A stretch of DNA of 64,000 nucleotides from Acidobacteriaceae bacterium (GCA_030037705.1 JASHQE010000087.1:11540-75539); one strand, 5' to 3'; positions 53,041 to 63,405 are shown, counted from the stretch's first letter. Numbers and translations: made by a program. The notes: generated from the sequence alone by a model not told the origin.

Positions 53041-56000
53041 ATGAGCATCAAAAAAATTTATGCCCCGCATTTCCTGCACAGCTTCCTCGCCTTTGCACTT
53101 CTCCTATCCCTTTGCGAAACCGTGCTGGCCCAAGCCGGCCGCGGCGGTATCAGCGGCACCGTCACAGATGCGTCGGGGGCCATTGTGCCGGGAGCGGCGG
53201 TAGTGCTGGTGAATCGCGCCACCGGCCTGACAGAGCACACAGTCACTACCGCGGCCGGACAGTACACGTTCGTGTCGCTCAATCCCGGTTCCTATCGAGT
53301 AACGGCAAGTGGAGCCGGATTCGAAACGGTCGCCCGGGATAGCGTCGCGGTGACCGTAGATCAGGTGACAGAACTGAATATTGTGTTACGCGTAGGCGCG
53401 CGAACCGAGGTGGTCAACGTCACCGAGTCCACGGACCTGGCCGAGACAAGCAATTCCACGGTGGGGCAACTCATCACGTCGGAGACGATGGACCGCGTTC
53501 CGTTGCTCACGCGCGATGTCTTTGATCTTGTGCAGTTAAGCCCCGGCGTCACACCCGCCAATGGTGCGCCGAACTCGTCCAGTTCCTACGCCATTGAGAA
53601 TATTTCGAGCGGACGCCCGAACGTTGATGTTTCTTCGTATACGATCAACGGCGCGATCGTAGGATCGGTATATTACATGGTGGATGGCAGCCCGCTGGGT
53701 GTCGCCGAAAATAACAATGCTGCCATTATTCCCGCGCTCGATATCCCGGAAGATGGCGTGGACGAAATGCGCGTGGAGACGCAGAACACGCCTGCCTCCT
53801 ATCAGAGTGGCGGGGCAGGCGTCATTAGCCTTGCGACCAAGTCGGGCGCAAATAATTTTCACGGCGATCTCTTCGGCGTCTTCCGCCCTGACGTTCTGGC
53901 TGCCAACGAATACTTCAATAAGCAGAGCCAGATCGGCCTTGGAGAAGCCAATACTCCTCCCTCTTTTTATCGATATCAGGAAGGCGCTGCGATCGGAGGC
54001 CGTATCCGGCGCGATAAACTCTTCTTCTTTGCCGATTACGAAGCCACGCAACAGGAACTTTACGACGGCTCGAACTACTTCACTGTGCCCACAACCGCAG
54101 AGCGCACGGGTGATTTTTCGGCGATGAGCTTCACGATCTACGATCCCACGCAGCCTGATGTGGGGGGACTGCGTCAGCCATTCTTGAATAACAAAATAGC
54201 GAATCCCAATCCGATTGCAGAGAAGTTTCTTTCGGAGCTTCCTAAGTGTAACTATCCGCACCCGAACACGTGTGACTCGGCAACGACGGACATGGTCCCC
54301 AACTTTTTCCTGCCGGGGCTCGATCCCACCACCGCTCAACGTTTTGATATCCGCGTAGATTGGACGCAGAGCGAAAAACAGCATGTCTTCAGCCGCTTCT
54401 CTTTCGACCGTCTCTTCAATTCGACCTTCAATGCTTTCAACAACGAATGGGATCCAAACTACGCACAGAACGTGACCAACGGGCGCAACATCCTGCTTGC
54501 CGATGATCTTACCCTGAATCCCACCACGGTTCTGCAGTTGCGCTATTCGTTCACCCGCCACTACGAGAATCAGGGCGGCGATCCCGCACAGGTTGGCTAC
54601 GACATCACCACGTTGGGATTCCCCTCTTCCCTCGCCGCGCAGCAGGTTTATAAGCTTCTCCCCTTTGTTTTCTTCAACGATTACACCTACAACGGAAGCA
54701 TTTCGAGTGTGGGCGGCACCGCAGACTTTAACACCTTCCTCTACGCCAGCGAAAACAGTGATGCCAACGCGACTATCACGAAGTCATGGGGCCAGCACGA
54801 GATCTCGACCGGTTTTGAATACATGAAGCGCCTCTTGAACGTAGGCCAGCCCGCGGCGCCTGCCGGAGAGTATTCTTTTGACATTTCCGCGACCGATCAA
54901 TCGACCGCGAACGGCGGAGGCGGAAGCGACTTCGCCTCCTTCCTCGCCGGAATGGGCACTGCGCCGGGAACCGAGGAGAATGACGGCTACCCGAACTTCT
55001 CCAAGGACCTGTTCGCTGCCGAGGCTAGTCCGTACTATGCGGTTTTTGTCGAAGACACTTACCGCCCCAGCAAAAATCTCACCATCACGGCGGGCCTGCG
55101 CTGGGATATCTTCGGCGGAAAGACCGAGCGTCATAATCGTCTGGAGTATTTTGACCCCACGGCAACGAACGCGGTTAATAGCGTCTCGTATACCGGCGCA
55201 GAAGTCTACGTCAACAACGGCAACCGATCGCCGTTTGCCACCAATCTCACCAACATCGGCCCTCGGCTGGGTCTCTCCTGGCAACCGGTGAGTCACATGG
55301 TGGTTCGCGGCGGGGGTGGCTTCTACTTTGGTCCTAGCGCGCACATGGTGTCTGGCGTTGGCTCGGACAGTGACGGCTTCGCGGCGAACACCGAGTGGAA
55401 CGCCACCTGTTATAACGCCGATAGCAATACCGTATACAACGGTACTGCGACATGCGTGGGCGCTGCCACAGGCAGCCCGGCCGCGAGTACGACGGGGATC
55501 TATTCCCTTAGTAATCCCTTTCCCAATGGTGTTGTGCAGACGCTCACCAACCCCACAGGCCTGGGAAATAACTTGGGTATTACGCTGGCTACTATGCTGC
55601 GCTCGCAGCGCACGCCCACCACCTACAACTTCAACTTCGGAGTGGAGTACGAACTTCCCCATGCCACGGTATTGAGCCTGGGTTACGTGGGCAGCCGCGG
55701 CTTGTTCCTTCCATTCTTTACGGCCGATCTGAACCAGCTCGATCTGCAAACGATCGCAAAATACACCGATTCTCTATGCGTTAATACCTCCGACCCGAAC
55801 TGCGTGATGGTGCCTAACCAGTGGGCCGCGATCCAGCCAGCCACCAACGCCAATTATGGAGCCGCGACTGTGCCCTTGTGGGTTGCTGTCCAGGAGTTCC
55901 CTCAATTTGGCAGCGGCAATTACGGCACCGGAAATGGCGTCGTCGTGCACGGCTATCCGGGCGGCGATTCAGAGTACAGCTCACTGCAAACCAAGCTGCA

Positions 56001-56712
56001 GAAACGCCTGACGCAGCATTTCACAGCGCTGGCCAGCTTCACCTGGGCCAAGTTGATGACGGACGACGGCAATCCTCCGCTCGACTTCGTCGGTTCTCAC
56101 CTGGGAATACCACAGGATTGGAAGAACCTGAACTTTGAACACTCCGTCAGCCCCCAAGACATCAGATACCAGTTCACCGGCGATGTCTCTTACGATCTTC
56201 CTATCGGAAAAGGGCGCGCCCTTAACATGACTGGCCTCGGCAACGCGGTACTAGGCGGATGGACGACAAACGCCATGTTCTATGCAAGCACGGGCATTCC
56301 GATCGCTTCACCGCAGGTGGGTGCGCCGATCTCGTATTTCGACCAGCGAGCCAATCAAATCTGCGACCCGATGAAGGGTTCTCCGCGCAATGCAACAGAG
56401 TGGTTCAACTTCAATTGCTTTGCTGCCCCATCCAGCCCCTATGTGGCGGGCAATACTCCGGCCTATTTGGATCATGTTCGTACCATGGGTGCGAATGATT
56501 TGGATATCTCGTTGTACAAACAGTTCTCTTTGCGTGAATCGAAGGATCTTCGATTCGACATCTCGTGCTACAACATCGCGAATCGCCCGCAGCTTGGCAT
56601 GCCGAGTGTTCCCACGATTACCGAGTACAACGAAGGCACGACAGCAGCGAGCGTTGGCGACACAATCAATGCGCCACGCCAACTTCAGTTCGGAGCACGA
56701 TTTACCTTCTAA
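53041..56712 (+). CDS. TonB-dependent receptor, Oar-like (probably chito-oligosaccharide related)
   Basis: ISGTVTDASGAIVPGA; TKSGANNFHG; GPRLGLSW; C-terminal RQLQFGARFTF; GGAGG RBS. Substrate inferred from co-regulation with the GH2 gene. Confidence 0.92.
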   Translation: MSIKKIYAPHFLHSFLAFALLLSLCETVLAQAGRGGISGTVTDASGAIVPGAAVVLVNRATGLTEHTVTTAAGQYTFVSLNPGSYRVTASGAGFETVARDSVAVTVDQVTELNIVLRVGARTEVVNVTESTDLAETSNSTVGQLITSETMDRVPLLTRDVFDLVQLSPGVTPANGAPNSSSSYAIENISSGRPNVDVSSYTINGAIVGSVYYMVDGSPLGVAENNNAAIIPALDIPEDGVDEMRVETQNTPASYQSGGAGVISLATKSGANNFHGDLFGVFRPDVLAANEYFNKQSQIGLGEANTPPSFYRYQEGAAIGGRIRRDKLFFFADYEATQQELYDGSNYFTVPTTAERTGDFSAMSFTIYDPTQPDVGGLRQPFLNNKIANPNPIAEKFLSELPKCNYPHPNTCDSATTDMVPNFFLPGLDPTTAQRFDIRVDWTQSEKQHVFSRFSFDRLFNSTFNAFNNEWDPNYAQNVTNGRNILLADDLTLNPTTVLQLRYSFTRHYENQGGDPAQVGYDITTLGFPSSLAAQQVYKLLPFVFFNDYTYNGSISSVGGTADFNTFLYASENSDANATITKSWGQHEISTGFEYMKRLLNVGQPAAPAGEYSFDISATDQSTANGGGGSDFASFLAGMGTAPGTEENDGYPNFSKDLFAAEASPYYAVFVEDTYRPSKNLTITAGLRWDIFGGKTERHNRLEYFDPTATNAVNSVSYTGAEVYVNNGNRSPFATNLTNIGPRLGLSWQPVSHMVVRGGGGFYFGPSAHMVSGVGSDSDGFAANTEWNATCYNADSNTVYNGTATCVGAATGSPAASTTGIYSLSNPFPNGVVQTLTNPTGLGNNLGITLATMLRSQRTPTTYNFNFGVEYELPHATVLSLGYVGSRGLFLPFFTADLNQLDLQTIAKYTDSLCVNTSDPNCVMVPNQWAAIQPATNANYGAATVPLWVAVQEFPQFGSGNYGTGNGVVVHGYPGGDSEYSSLQTKLQKRLTQHFTALASFTWAKLMTDDGNPPLDFVGSHLGIPQDWKNLNFEHSVSPQDIRYQFTGDVSYDLPIGKGRALNMTGLGNAVLGGWTTNAMFYASTGIPIASPQVGAPISYFDQRANQICDPMKGSPRNATEWFNFNCFAAPSSPYVAGNTPAYLDHVRTMGANDLDISLYKQFSLRESKDLRFDISCYNIANRPQLGMPSVPTITEYNEGTTAASVGDTINAPRQLQFGARFTF

Positions 56713-56876
56713 CGATAGACCTTTATCGACAGCGCCGAGAAGAAAGTTACGGAGAAAGCTCCTAATCGTGATCGTCGGAGATTGATAAGGCTGGGCGCAA
56801 AGCCGAACTTCACGCCTTAGAACCCGGCGGCGCAGTTCGTGACAGATCACCGGATCTCATCAAGACAAAATAACGC

Positions 56877-56905
56877 GCAACGATTACCTGCGAGGTAATT
56901 GCTGC
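56877..56905. promoter_or_regulatory. palindrome upstream of the AhpD-like gene (operator or terminator-like)
   Basis: ATTACCT-GCG-AGGTAAT core (56883-56899) with imperfect extension. Partial second copy ATTGCCTGCGAAG near 56947. Confidence 0.45.
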
Positions 56906-56981
56906 GGCTCGCAATCGATTCGATACTAGCTCAGTAGTCAAGCAGGATTGCCTGCGAAGCTAGATCACAAAGGAGAAGCAC

Positions 56982-57530
56982 ATGCCGAACTATCCAGTTC
57001 ATACGATCGCTTCGGCGCCCGAAGGTTCGAAGCCGGCGCTCGAACAGCTACAGAAGGCGTTTGGGATTGTACCCAACATCATCGGCGCCATTGCGAATTC
57101 ATCGAAACTCATCAACTCCCTCATCGGCCTGTTTCAGCAGGTCCATAGCCCCGGTCTCACCGAGCCGGGGAATCAGATCGTTCTGTTAACAGACGCAGTT
57201 GCGAACTCTAGCACGTATGCGGTGGCATTCCATACCGCGCTGGCTCTCCAACAGGGAATCAGTTCTGAAGAAACAACCGCAATTCGTGAGCGGCGCTTAC
57301 CCATGGACAAGCGATTTGCTGCGCTTTCCAAGCTGGCAAAGGCGCTTATTGAGAAGCGCGGACACTTGAGCGTTCAGGAGCTCGATTTGTTCATCGCTGC
57401 CGGCTTCACGAAGGAACAGGTCCTGGAGGTCATTGCTATAGTGGCAGCCTCGACGATCACCAACTACGCTGGAACCCTTACCAATCCACCGCTGGAAGAC
57501 TCCTTCCGGCAGCACGCCTGGCAAGGGTGA
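56982..57530 (+). CDS. carboxymuconolactone decarboxylase / AhpD-like protein
   Basis: HT..SAPE.SKP.L...FG.VPN, AGFTKEQVLEVI and TITNY; RBS AAGGAG. Confidence 0.85.
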   Translation: MPNYPVHTIASAPEGSKPALEQLQKAFGIVPNIIGAIANSSKLINSLIGLFQQVHSPGLTEPGNQIVLLTDAVANSSTYAVAFHTALALQQGISSEETTAIRERRLPMDKRFAALSKLAKALIEKRGHLSVQELDLFIAAGFTKEQVLEVIAIVAASTITNYAGTLTNPPLEDSFRQHAWQG

Positions 57531-57535
57531 CAGGG

Positions 57536-60500
57536 CTAAAAGAGAACCTTCAGAGAGAGCTGCACGCGCCGGGGAAAGTTTTGCTCGGTCGAGCCAATGG
57601 TTCCGTAACCGGACCATGCGCCGGGCTGGTTCGGGTTCGCTACGCTCGTGACGCGCGTGATTGGTGTGTTCGGGCCGCTGGTCGAGGGCGCTGCAAAGAT
57701 GGGTGTATTGGTCACGTTGAATGATTCCGCCTTGAATTGCAGCGTATACTTTTCGGCGATGGCGAACTTCTTCTCGAAGCCGAGCGCCGTTTGCTGCGCC
57801 CAGGGGTCGCGAACTGTTGCGATCAGCGATTTCGCGGTCAGCGCCGTGTACGGGGGATCGGTGGTCCAGCAGGATGCTTGGGAGTTGTTGATCCAGCTCG
57901 ACCAACTTCTTTTTGCGGGGAGGATGTCATAGGTACCGCAGGTGAAAATATTGCTGTTGGGGTAGCCCACCGGCTCGCCTCCATCGTTGGTGAATATCCA
58001 CTCGAGTTGCCAGCCGCCGATCGCCTCGTTCACCATGCGGCCTGCATGGGGGGCGATCCAAGCGCCTCGACCGACAGGCAAGCCATAAAGACCGCTGAAG
58101 GCCAAGTCCCAGGGCCGATCCGTCGAGTAAATCTGATAGCTGGGATTGGGGTCTACCAAGCCGACGCCGCTATCGTTCAAGTAACCCGTGGCCGCCATGG
58201 TCTTTGACCAGGTAAACGCGCCGATAAAGCTGAGGCCGTTGCTCAGCATACTGCTGCCACTAAAGCGTTTTTCAGCTTTCACCTGCAGTCCGTTGTAGTT
58301 ATCGTAGCCGGTGGCAAGATCGGTAATCGTCAGGCTGCCGTTGTACTGCGGATAAGGCACCATCAGATAACCCGCCTGGATGGTGGGGTTCTCACCAAGA
58401 GCGAGTGTGTTGGGAATCACGCCGTAGAACGGGTTGGTGACGAGTTGCGTGAGATAGCCCGGGGTGGTGTGGCCCTGCGCAAATTCTGCGGGGGTAAGGC
58501 CGTCGAGTTGCTTGGAGGCGACCATATCGGTGGCATGAACTCCCAGGTAAGCGATGTCGAGAATGATCTGTGCCGGCAAACCGATCTGCAGCCCGGCCGT
58601 GTAGTCCCACACCAGCGGGAGCTTGCGGCTGCGCTGATCCATACTGACGCTTGAGCCGACCAGGCTTTCCAATCCCTGCGATGCACCCGGCGGAGCAGCG
58701 TAGCCGTTGGGAAAAGGGACGCCGTTGTAAAAGCCGAGCGAAGGATGCAGGCCGCCGTCGGGCGAGTCGTTGTAATTTGTGGTCTGGTTCCAGGGAGCAT
58801 TACTTCCCAGCTCTGTGCCGGGAGCGGTGCTCCAAGTAACGCCGCCGCGGAGCACCAGGTTATTCGAGATGCCATAGACAAAGCCCACCTTCGGCATGAC
58901 GCGCCCGAAGGTATTTTGATAAGCAGAAAGACCGCCACTCGAGAACTGTGGGCCACCCACGATGGGGTTCGCCATTGCGGCGCCGTTCGGCAGTTGGTTG
59001 CCGGTGGGAAACGTGATCTGGCTCGTGATGGGATTCGTGCAGGTAAGACACATACCTGCCAGAAGATAGTTGTTCCGGTCACGAGGCGATGTTTCGGTCT
59101 CCCATCTGAGGCCCAGGTTGAGGGTTAAATTGTTCTTTACCTTCCAATCGTCCTGAAGGAAAGCGGCATAGTAATTGTAGGACTCATATGTGTTTAATTC
59201 GTCCTGGACGCTGCCCGACGCGGGATATCCCAAGAGCAAATCGGCAATGATGGAGCCATCTTTCTCGGCCTGGTTGGGATTCTTCTGGGTAAAGCCGGTG
59301 CTAAAGCTGAAGACGCCGTTCGGACGACCGATGCCGTCGACTGCATCGTGGAAAAGCATGAACTCCGCACCGTAGTGGAAGTTGTGTTTTCCGAGGACCT
59401 GGTAAATGGAAGGACCAAGATCGTAGGTCTCGTACATCACGGGATTGCCTTCGTCGCCGATCAAATCGGGGTAGTTGTCACCCAAGTTGATCCCGGGCGC
59501 CCATTGTCGTGAAGTGGTGGGAATCGCGGGCATCGTGAGGCCCAGGTCCGCGGGGGTCAATTTATCGATGCCCGCCGCGACTGTGCCGGAGGGATCGAGC
59601 GCATACATGCGATTGAAGGAGGCGCGAATATCGCCGGCGCGATTTGCATTGAAGCTGTGCGTCAGGTCCAGCACCTGAGTCACGCTGGAGCGGTAACTAT
59701 CGGTGCCGCCGAGGGCGCCCGCGCCGGGAATGCCGTTGGAGTTGCGCGTGGTAAGTCCTGACCACCAGGCAAAAATTCCATAGAGGCGCGTATCGTCGTT
59801 GAAGTCATAGTCCACGCGGGCCATGGGCATGTTATATGCATATGGATTGCTAAGACTGTAGACATAGTTATTGACATATCCGCTCCGGTTTGGAGCCGGG
59901 AACAAGTCCATCATCTTCAAACCAATGGCGCTGACGCGGCCGGCGGGGATGGTGTCGTTTGAGAAGAGGGATCGCGTGTAGGTATTGCATCCGCCGCTGG
60001 CGGTGGGCGCCGAACAAGTTGTGGTTTCCGGATCGTAGATTCCCACCTTACCGACGGCTGCCAGATAATCAGTCAAATCGACGCTTCCGCTGGCGCCCGG
60101 ATACATGTCAGAAGTGGGAACAGAGGTGACGATTCCGTTGGGCAATACTTCCCGCCAACCTTCAAAGCTGAAGAAGAAATATGCATTCCTCTTGAGAAAT
60201 GGACCGCCGATCGTGCCTCCGAATTGATGCTGGTTGTGGTACTCCTTGGGCGAACCCTCCTGGTCCAGCTCATAGCTGTTGGCCTCCATGATGGAGTTTT
60301 CCCAGAAATCGTAAAGCGTGCCATGGAATGCCGGAGTGCCGCTCTTGAGGATGATATTCATGATGCCGGCGCCGGCGCGTCCATACTGCGCGTCAAAAGT
60401 CGTGGTCATCACCTTGAACTCCTGGACCGCATCGACGCTGGGAGATATATTCCAGGTGCCGGCTGAACCTCCGCCCTGCTCAGTGATGGGCGCGCCATTC

Positions 60501-61135
60501 AACAGAAATTGGTTGTAGGTTCCGGGCTGCCCGTTAACGGAGTAGGCATTCGATTCATCCCATCCGCGCGTGCCCGAGTTGCTGGTGGCCCCGAACGTGG
60601 TAGTGGTAAAGCGCAGGCCGGGGGTGAGCGGCATAAGCATGTAAACCTGCCGGCCGTTCAGCGGAAGGTTCTGCACCTTTTCGGGATCCATCACGGTCCC
60701 ACCCGATGCATCGATGGTGTCGATGCCGACCTGACCCGCTTGAACGGTGACCGATTCGGACGTAGAGCCGACCCGCAGCGTGAGGTTGAGATTTACTTTG
60801 CCGGCAACGTCAATCATCACGTTTTGCTGGATTTCCTTTGTAAAACCAGCCGCTTCCACAGTGACCGTGTAGGTTCCGGGCTGCACCAAGGGAAGAATGT
60901 AATCGCCGTCCGTGCCCGTCCTGGTCGTGTAGGTCTGCTGGGGGCCTACCGCTGTAATGGTTGCGCTTGGCACGGCTGCTCTGCTCGCATCGAGCACCTG
61001 GCCGAAGATCGTGCCGCGATATTCCTGCGCAACACCAGACGTTACAGGCATTGTGAGAATGAGAAAACAGAGCAAGAACAAGCAGTGGTGGCGCAGGCGC
61101 AAAAGAGCAGCCGGCATAGGGGCTAGACAAGTCAT
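57536..61135 (-). CDS. TonB-dependent receptor, Oar-like
   Basis: AQEYRGTIFGQV.D; LPLNGRQVY; KSGTPAFHG; QDDWKV; FKAESFNVTNTP; C-terminal RRVQLSLKVLF. Confidence 0.92.
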   Translation of the reverse strand: MTCLAPMPAALLRLRHHCLFLLCFLILTMPVTSGVAQEYRGTIFGQVLDASRAAVPSATITAVGPQQTYTTRTGTDGDYILPLVQPGTYTVTVEAAGFTKEIQQNVMIDVAGKVNLNLTLRVGSTSESVTVQAGQVGIDTIDASGGTVMDPEKVQNLPLNGRQVYMLMPLTPGLRFTTTTFGATSNSGTRGWDESNAYSVNGQPGTYNQFLLNGAPITEQGGGSAGTWNISPSVDAVQEFKVMTTTFDAQYGRAGAGIMNIILKSGTPAFHGTLYDFWENSIMEANSYELDQEGSPKEYHNQHQFGGTIGGPFLKRNAYFFFSFEGWREVLPNGIVTSVPTSDMYPGASGSVDLTDYLAAVGKVGIYDPETTTCSAPTASGGCNTYTRSLFSNDTIPAGRVSAIGLKMMDLFPAPNRSGYVNNYVYSLSNPYAYNMPMARVDYDFNDDTRLYGIFAWWSGLTTRNSNGIPGAGALGGTDSYRSSVTQVLDLTHSFNANRAGDIRASFNRMYALDPSGTVAAGIDKLTPADLGLTMPAIPTTSRQWAPGINLGDNYPDLIGDEGNPVMYETYDLGPSIYQVLGKHNFHYGAEFMLFHDAVDGIGRPNGVFSFSTGFTQKNPNQAEKDGSIIADLLLGYPASGSVQDELNTYESYNYYAAFLQDDWKVKNNLTLNLGLRWETETSPRDRNNYLLAGMCLTCTNPITSQITFPTGNQLPNGAAMANPIVGGPQFSSGGLSAYQNTFGRVMPKVGFVYGISNNLVLRGGVTWSTAPGTELGSNAPWNQTTNYNDSPDGGLHPSLGFYNGVPFPNGYAAPPGASQGLESLVGSSVSMDQRSRKLPLVWDYTAGLQIGLPAQIILDIAYLGVHATDMVASKQLDGLTPAEFAQGHTTPGYLTQLVTNPFYGVIPNTLALGENPTIQAGYLMVPYPQYNGSLTITDLATGYDNYNGLQVKAEKRFSGSSMLSNGLSFIGAFTWSKTMAATGYLNDSGVGLVDPNPSYQIYSTDRPWDLAFSGLYGLPVGRGAWIAPHAGRMVNEAIGGWQLEWIFTNDGGEPVGYPNSNIFTCGTYDILPAKRSWSSWINNSQASCWTTDPPYTALTAKSLIATVRDPWAQQTALGFEKKFAIAEKYTLQFKAESFNVTNTPIFAAPSTSGPNTPITRVTSVANPNQPGAWSGYGTIGSTEQNFPRRVQLSLKVLF

Positions 61136-61300
61136 GTATTCCTCCCTGAGTCATTGCGCAACCATGAGCGCCCGCGAAGTGAGCGCTCCCTCGGCGTAGC
61201 GCCCGGAGATGCGAGCTGCATTCGCGGTCTGGCTTGCGTCTCTGCTGAGAGAAATGGAGCTTCTGAGATTCTGTATGTTAAAAGTTGGTGAACGAGAGCA

Positions 61301-62764
61301 TTACAGCAGCTTACGCACGGCGCTCTCTTCGCCGTCAAGCGTTACATCGCCGCTCAATGGAGCCGTGAAGAAGAGCCTGACGATGCCCACATCCAGCCGT
61401 TGTGCACCGGCAACGGTGATTTCCTTGGCGCTGGCGTGTTGCGGCGCTCCCACAACCGGCTCTAGCGAAGACCGGAGCGATTCCTGCGCAGCGCGAAGGT
61501 CTGTTTTCTCTGCTTCGATAAGGCTGTCGAGCGCGTGCGCGCAGGAACAATTTGCGAGCGCGGTGCGGCGCTTCTCCAACTCCTCAAGAACATAGACGCG
61601 GCCGAGAATTTCCTTGGAGAGCTTGACGGTGCTGTTCACAAACTGCGAACGCTCTCCCGGATCCGGGAAGCGCTCGTCCAGCCATTTTTTCGCGAGTGGA
61701 GGTGCGCCATCCGGCTCGTTCACGCGTCGCGGAAGAAAATCGGGAACTGCGTTCGAGTCTCCGTACTCGTACACATTCAGCACGATTCTGGGATAGGAAG
61801 CGAATGCCATCTCAAACTCTTGCTTACGCGCAGGCGTAGGCACTTCGGCCCTAACGATGACGGAGTCTCCACGGCGGGTGACAGTAGCTTCCCATCCGGT
61901 ATCGCCGTTCAGGTTATGTAGAATCTGCCATCCCTGAACTTCGAGCAGGTCAACGGAACTGCTCGCCTGAATTGCGGGAGCTCTTGGGCGGGTCTGCGCA
62001 ATGGCAGTCAATGGGGCATTTGCAATCGGCTGGTCATCTTCTTCAATTGTTACGTTCTCCGCATCCTCAAAAAGCAGGTCCAGTCTCACAGATTGATAGG
62101 TATCCTTGCGCAAGGTGAGGCGCGCGTTGCGAATGGCGCCGCTGGATGTGGAAGTGTCGATCGTCCACAGTGCAGGCAGCTTTGTTACCGTATCGCGATA
62201 ATTAGCCAGAGAAGCATGCCATGCCCGGAAAGTAGTCGCCGCGAGGGGATTGCCCGCAGCCCAGGGCGTTTCGTTCAGCGAAATTTTGACCTGTTGGCAT
62301 GTCGGGGAATCCTCTACCAAGGTCTTTTCGGCGCTTCCGCCGTGCCCGCACCTGACTCCGTTCGCGACGATATCAAAGCCGCCGGGCGCGCCGAACTGGC
62401 GCTCGTTGATTACAGCGCGATTGAGAAGCTCGCTCGCGCTAGCACTCGGGGCTGTAAAGGGCCCGAGAATGGCAAAGATGACAACGACGCTTGCACCGAG
62501 AATGGAGCCGACCGGCACCCAAGGGAACGCGGACTTCTTCCAGTTAAAAAGCGATTTCGTGCTCCGTTCGCGAGGCAGACAGAGCAGTCCGTGCTCAGAT
62601 GCCTGCTCGATAGCACCAAAAATCTTGTACACTTGCTGGGATTCGTACTGGCATCGCGCGCATGACTGCAGATGGCTGGCAGCTTCCCGCCGGAAATCAT
62701 CGCAGCAATCCCCGGTCGCCAGCAGGATGAAAGCTTCCTCCGTAAGATGCCTGTCAGTCATCAC
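61301..62764 (-). CDS. putative membrane-anchored anti-sigma factor (paralog of 31786-33576)
   Basis: HLTEE...HLQSCARC, one TM helix, shared periplasmic motifs. GTGA overlap with the sigma gene. Confidence 0.7.
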   Translation of the reverse strand: MMTDRHLTEEAFILLATGDCCDDFRREAASHLQSCARCQYESQQVYKIFGAIEQASEHGLLCLPRERSTKSLFNWKKSAFPWVPVGSILGASVVVIFAILGPFTAPSASASELLNRAVINERQFGAPGGFDIVANGVRCGHGGSAEKTLVEDSPTCQQVKISLNETPWAAGNPLAATTFRAWHASLANYRDTVTKLPALWTIDTSTSSGAIRNARLTLRKDTYQSVRLDLLFEDAENVTIEEDDQPIANAPLTAIAQTRPRAPAIQASSSVDLLEVQGWQILHNLNGDTGWEATVTRRGDSVIVRAEVPTPARKQEFEMAFASYPRIVLNVYEYGDSNAVPDFLPRRVNEPDGAPPLAKKWLDERFPDPGERSQFVNSTVKLSKEILGRVYVLEELEKRRTALANCSCAHALDSLIEAEKTDLRAAQESLRSSLEPVVGAPQHASAKEITVAGAQRLDVGIVRLFFTAPLSGDVTLDGEESAVRKLL

Positions 62765-63405
62765 AATCTTCCCGCCTCGGCTTCAACCCGGATCGCTGCA
62801 ATCACTCTCCGCGTTATCCTTATCGCTGCCCGGTAATCTAAATCGAGCGCCTTGGAAATCTGGACGAACGAATACCCACGCGCGCACATCATCACGCAAT
62901 CGCGTTCTAACGGAGGGAGATTGCCGAGCGCCTGAACCACAAGTTGGAGCAGCCGTGTCTGCTCTTCCTCTTTTTCCGCCTCAATCATAACGTCCACTAC
63001 GGAGCGGGCTGGATCAGAAAGATTGAAGGTGCCGGAATCGTCCTTGCCTAGTCGGCTATCGGACGCAAGAGAAATATGAAGGTCAGGCCTGGTTTTGCGA
63101 AACTGCCCGAACAAGGCATTTCGCATAACGGTGTTCGTCCAGGCCACGAGAAACTCAAAGCGTCTGCCAAGCCTCGACGCCCTCCAGAGCTGAAGGCAGG
63201 CTTCCTGCGCAATGTCTTCTGCGTCTTCATGATGCCCGGTAATGCTGCGGGCGCGGCGATAGAGTCCTTTCACAAAGCTTTCAGTAAAGAATGATTCTTC
63301 TTCGAGAGATTGCCTATCAACACTTGGAGACCTAAGTGTGTGACTGTCAGGAAGAACGTCGGACAACGCATTTTCTCCGCAAAAGACTCGTCCAGTTCGC
63401 GACAA
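62761..63405 (-). CDS. ECF sigma factor
   Basis: LYRRARSITG..EDAEDIAQEACLQLW...WTNTVMRN; LGNLPPLERDCVMMCARGYSFVQISKAL. Start uncertain (TTG). Confidence 0.85.
   Translation of the reverse strand: MSRTGRVFCGENALSDVLPDSHTLRSPSVDRQSLEEESFFTESFVKGLYRRARSITGHHEDAEDIAQEACLQLWRASRLGRRFEFLVAWTNTVMRNALFGQFRKTRPDLHISLASDSRLGKDDSGTFNLSDPARSVVDVMIEAEKEEEQTRLLQLVVQALGNLPPLERDCVMMCARGYSFVQISKALDLDYRAAIRITRRVIAAIRVEAEAGRL

Noticed and set aside
56780-56850. GGGCGCAAAGCC resembling part of a c-di-GMP-I riboswitch
   Set aside because: The upstream GNRA-capped stem and the remaining consensus are not present.
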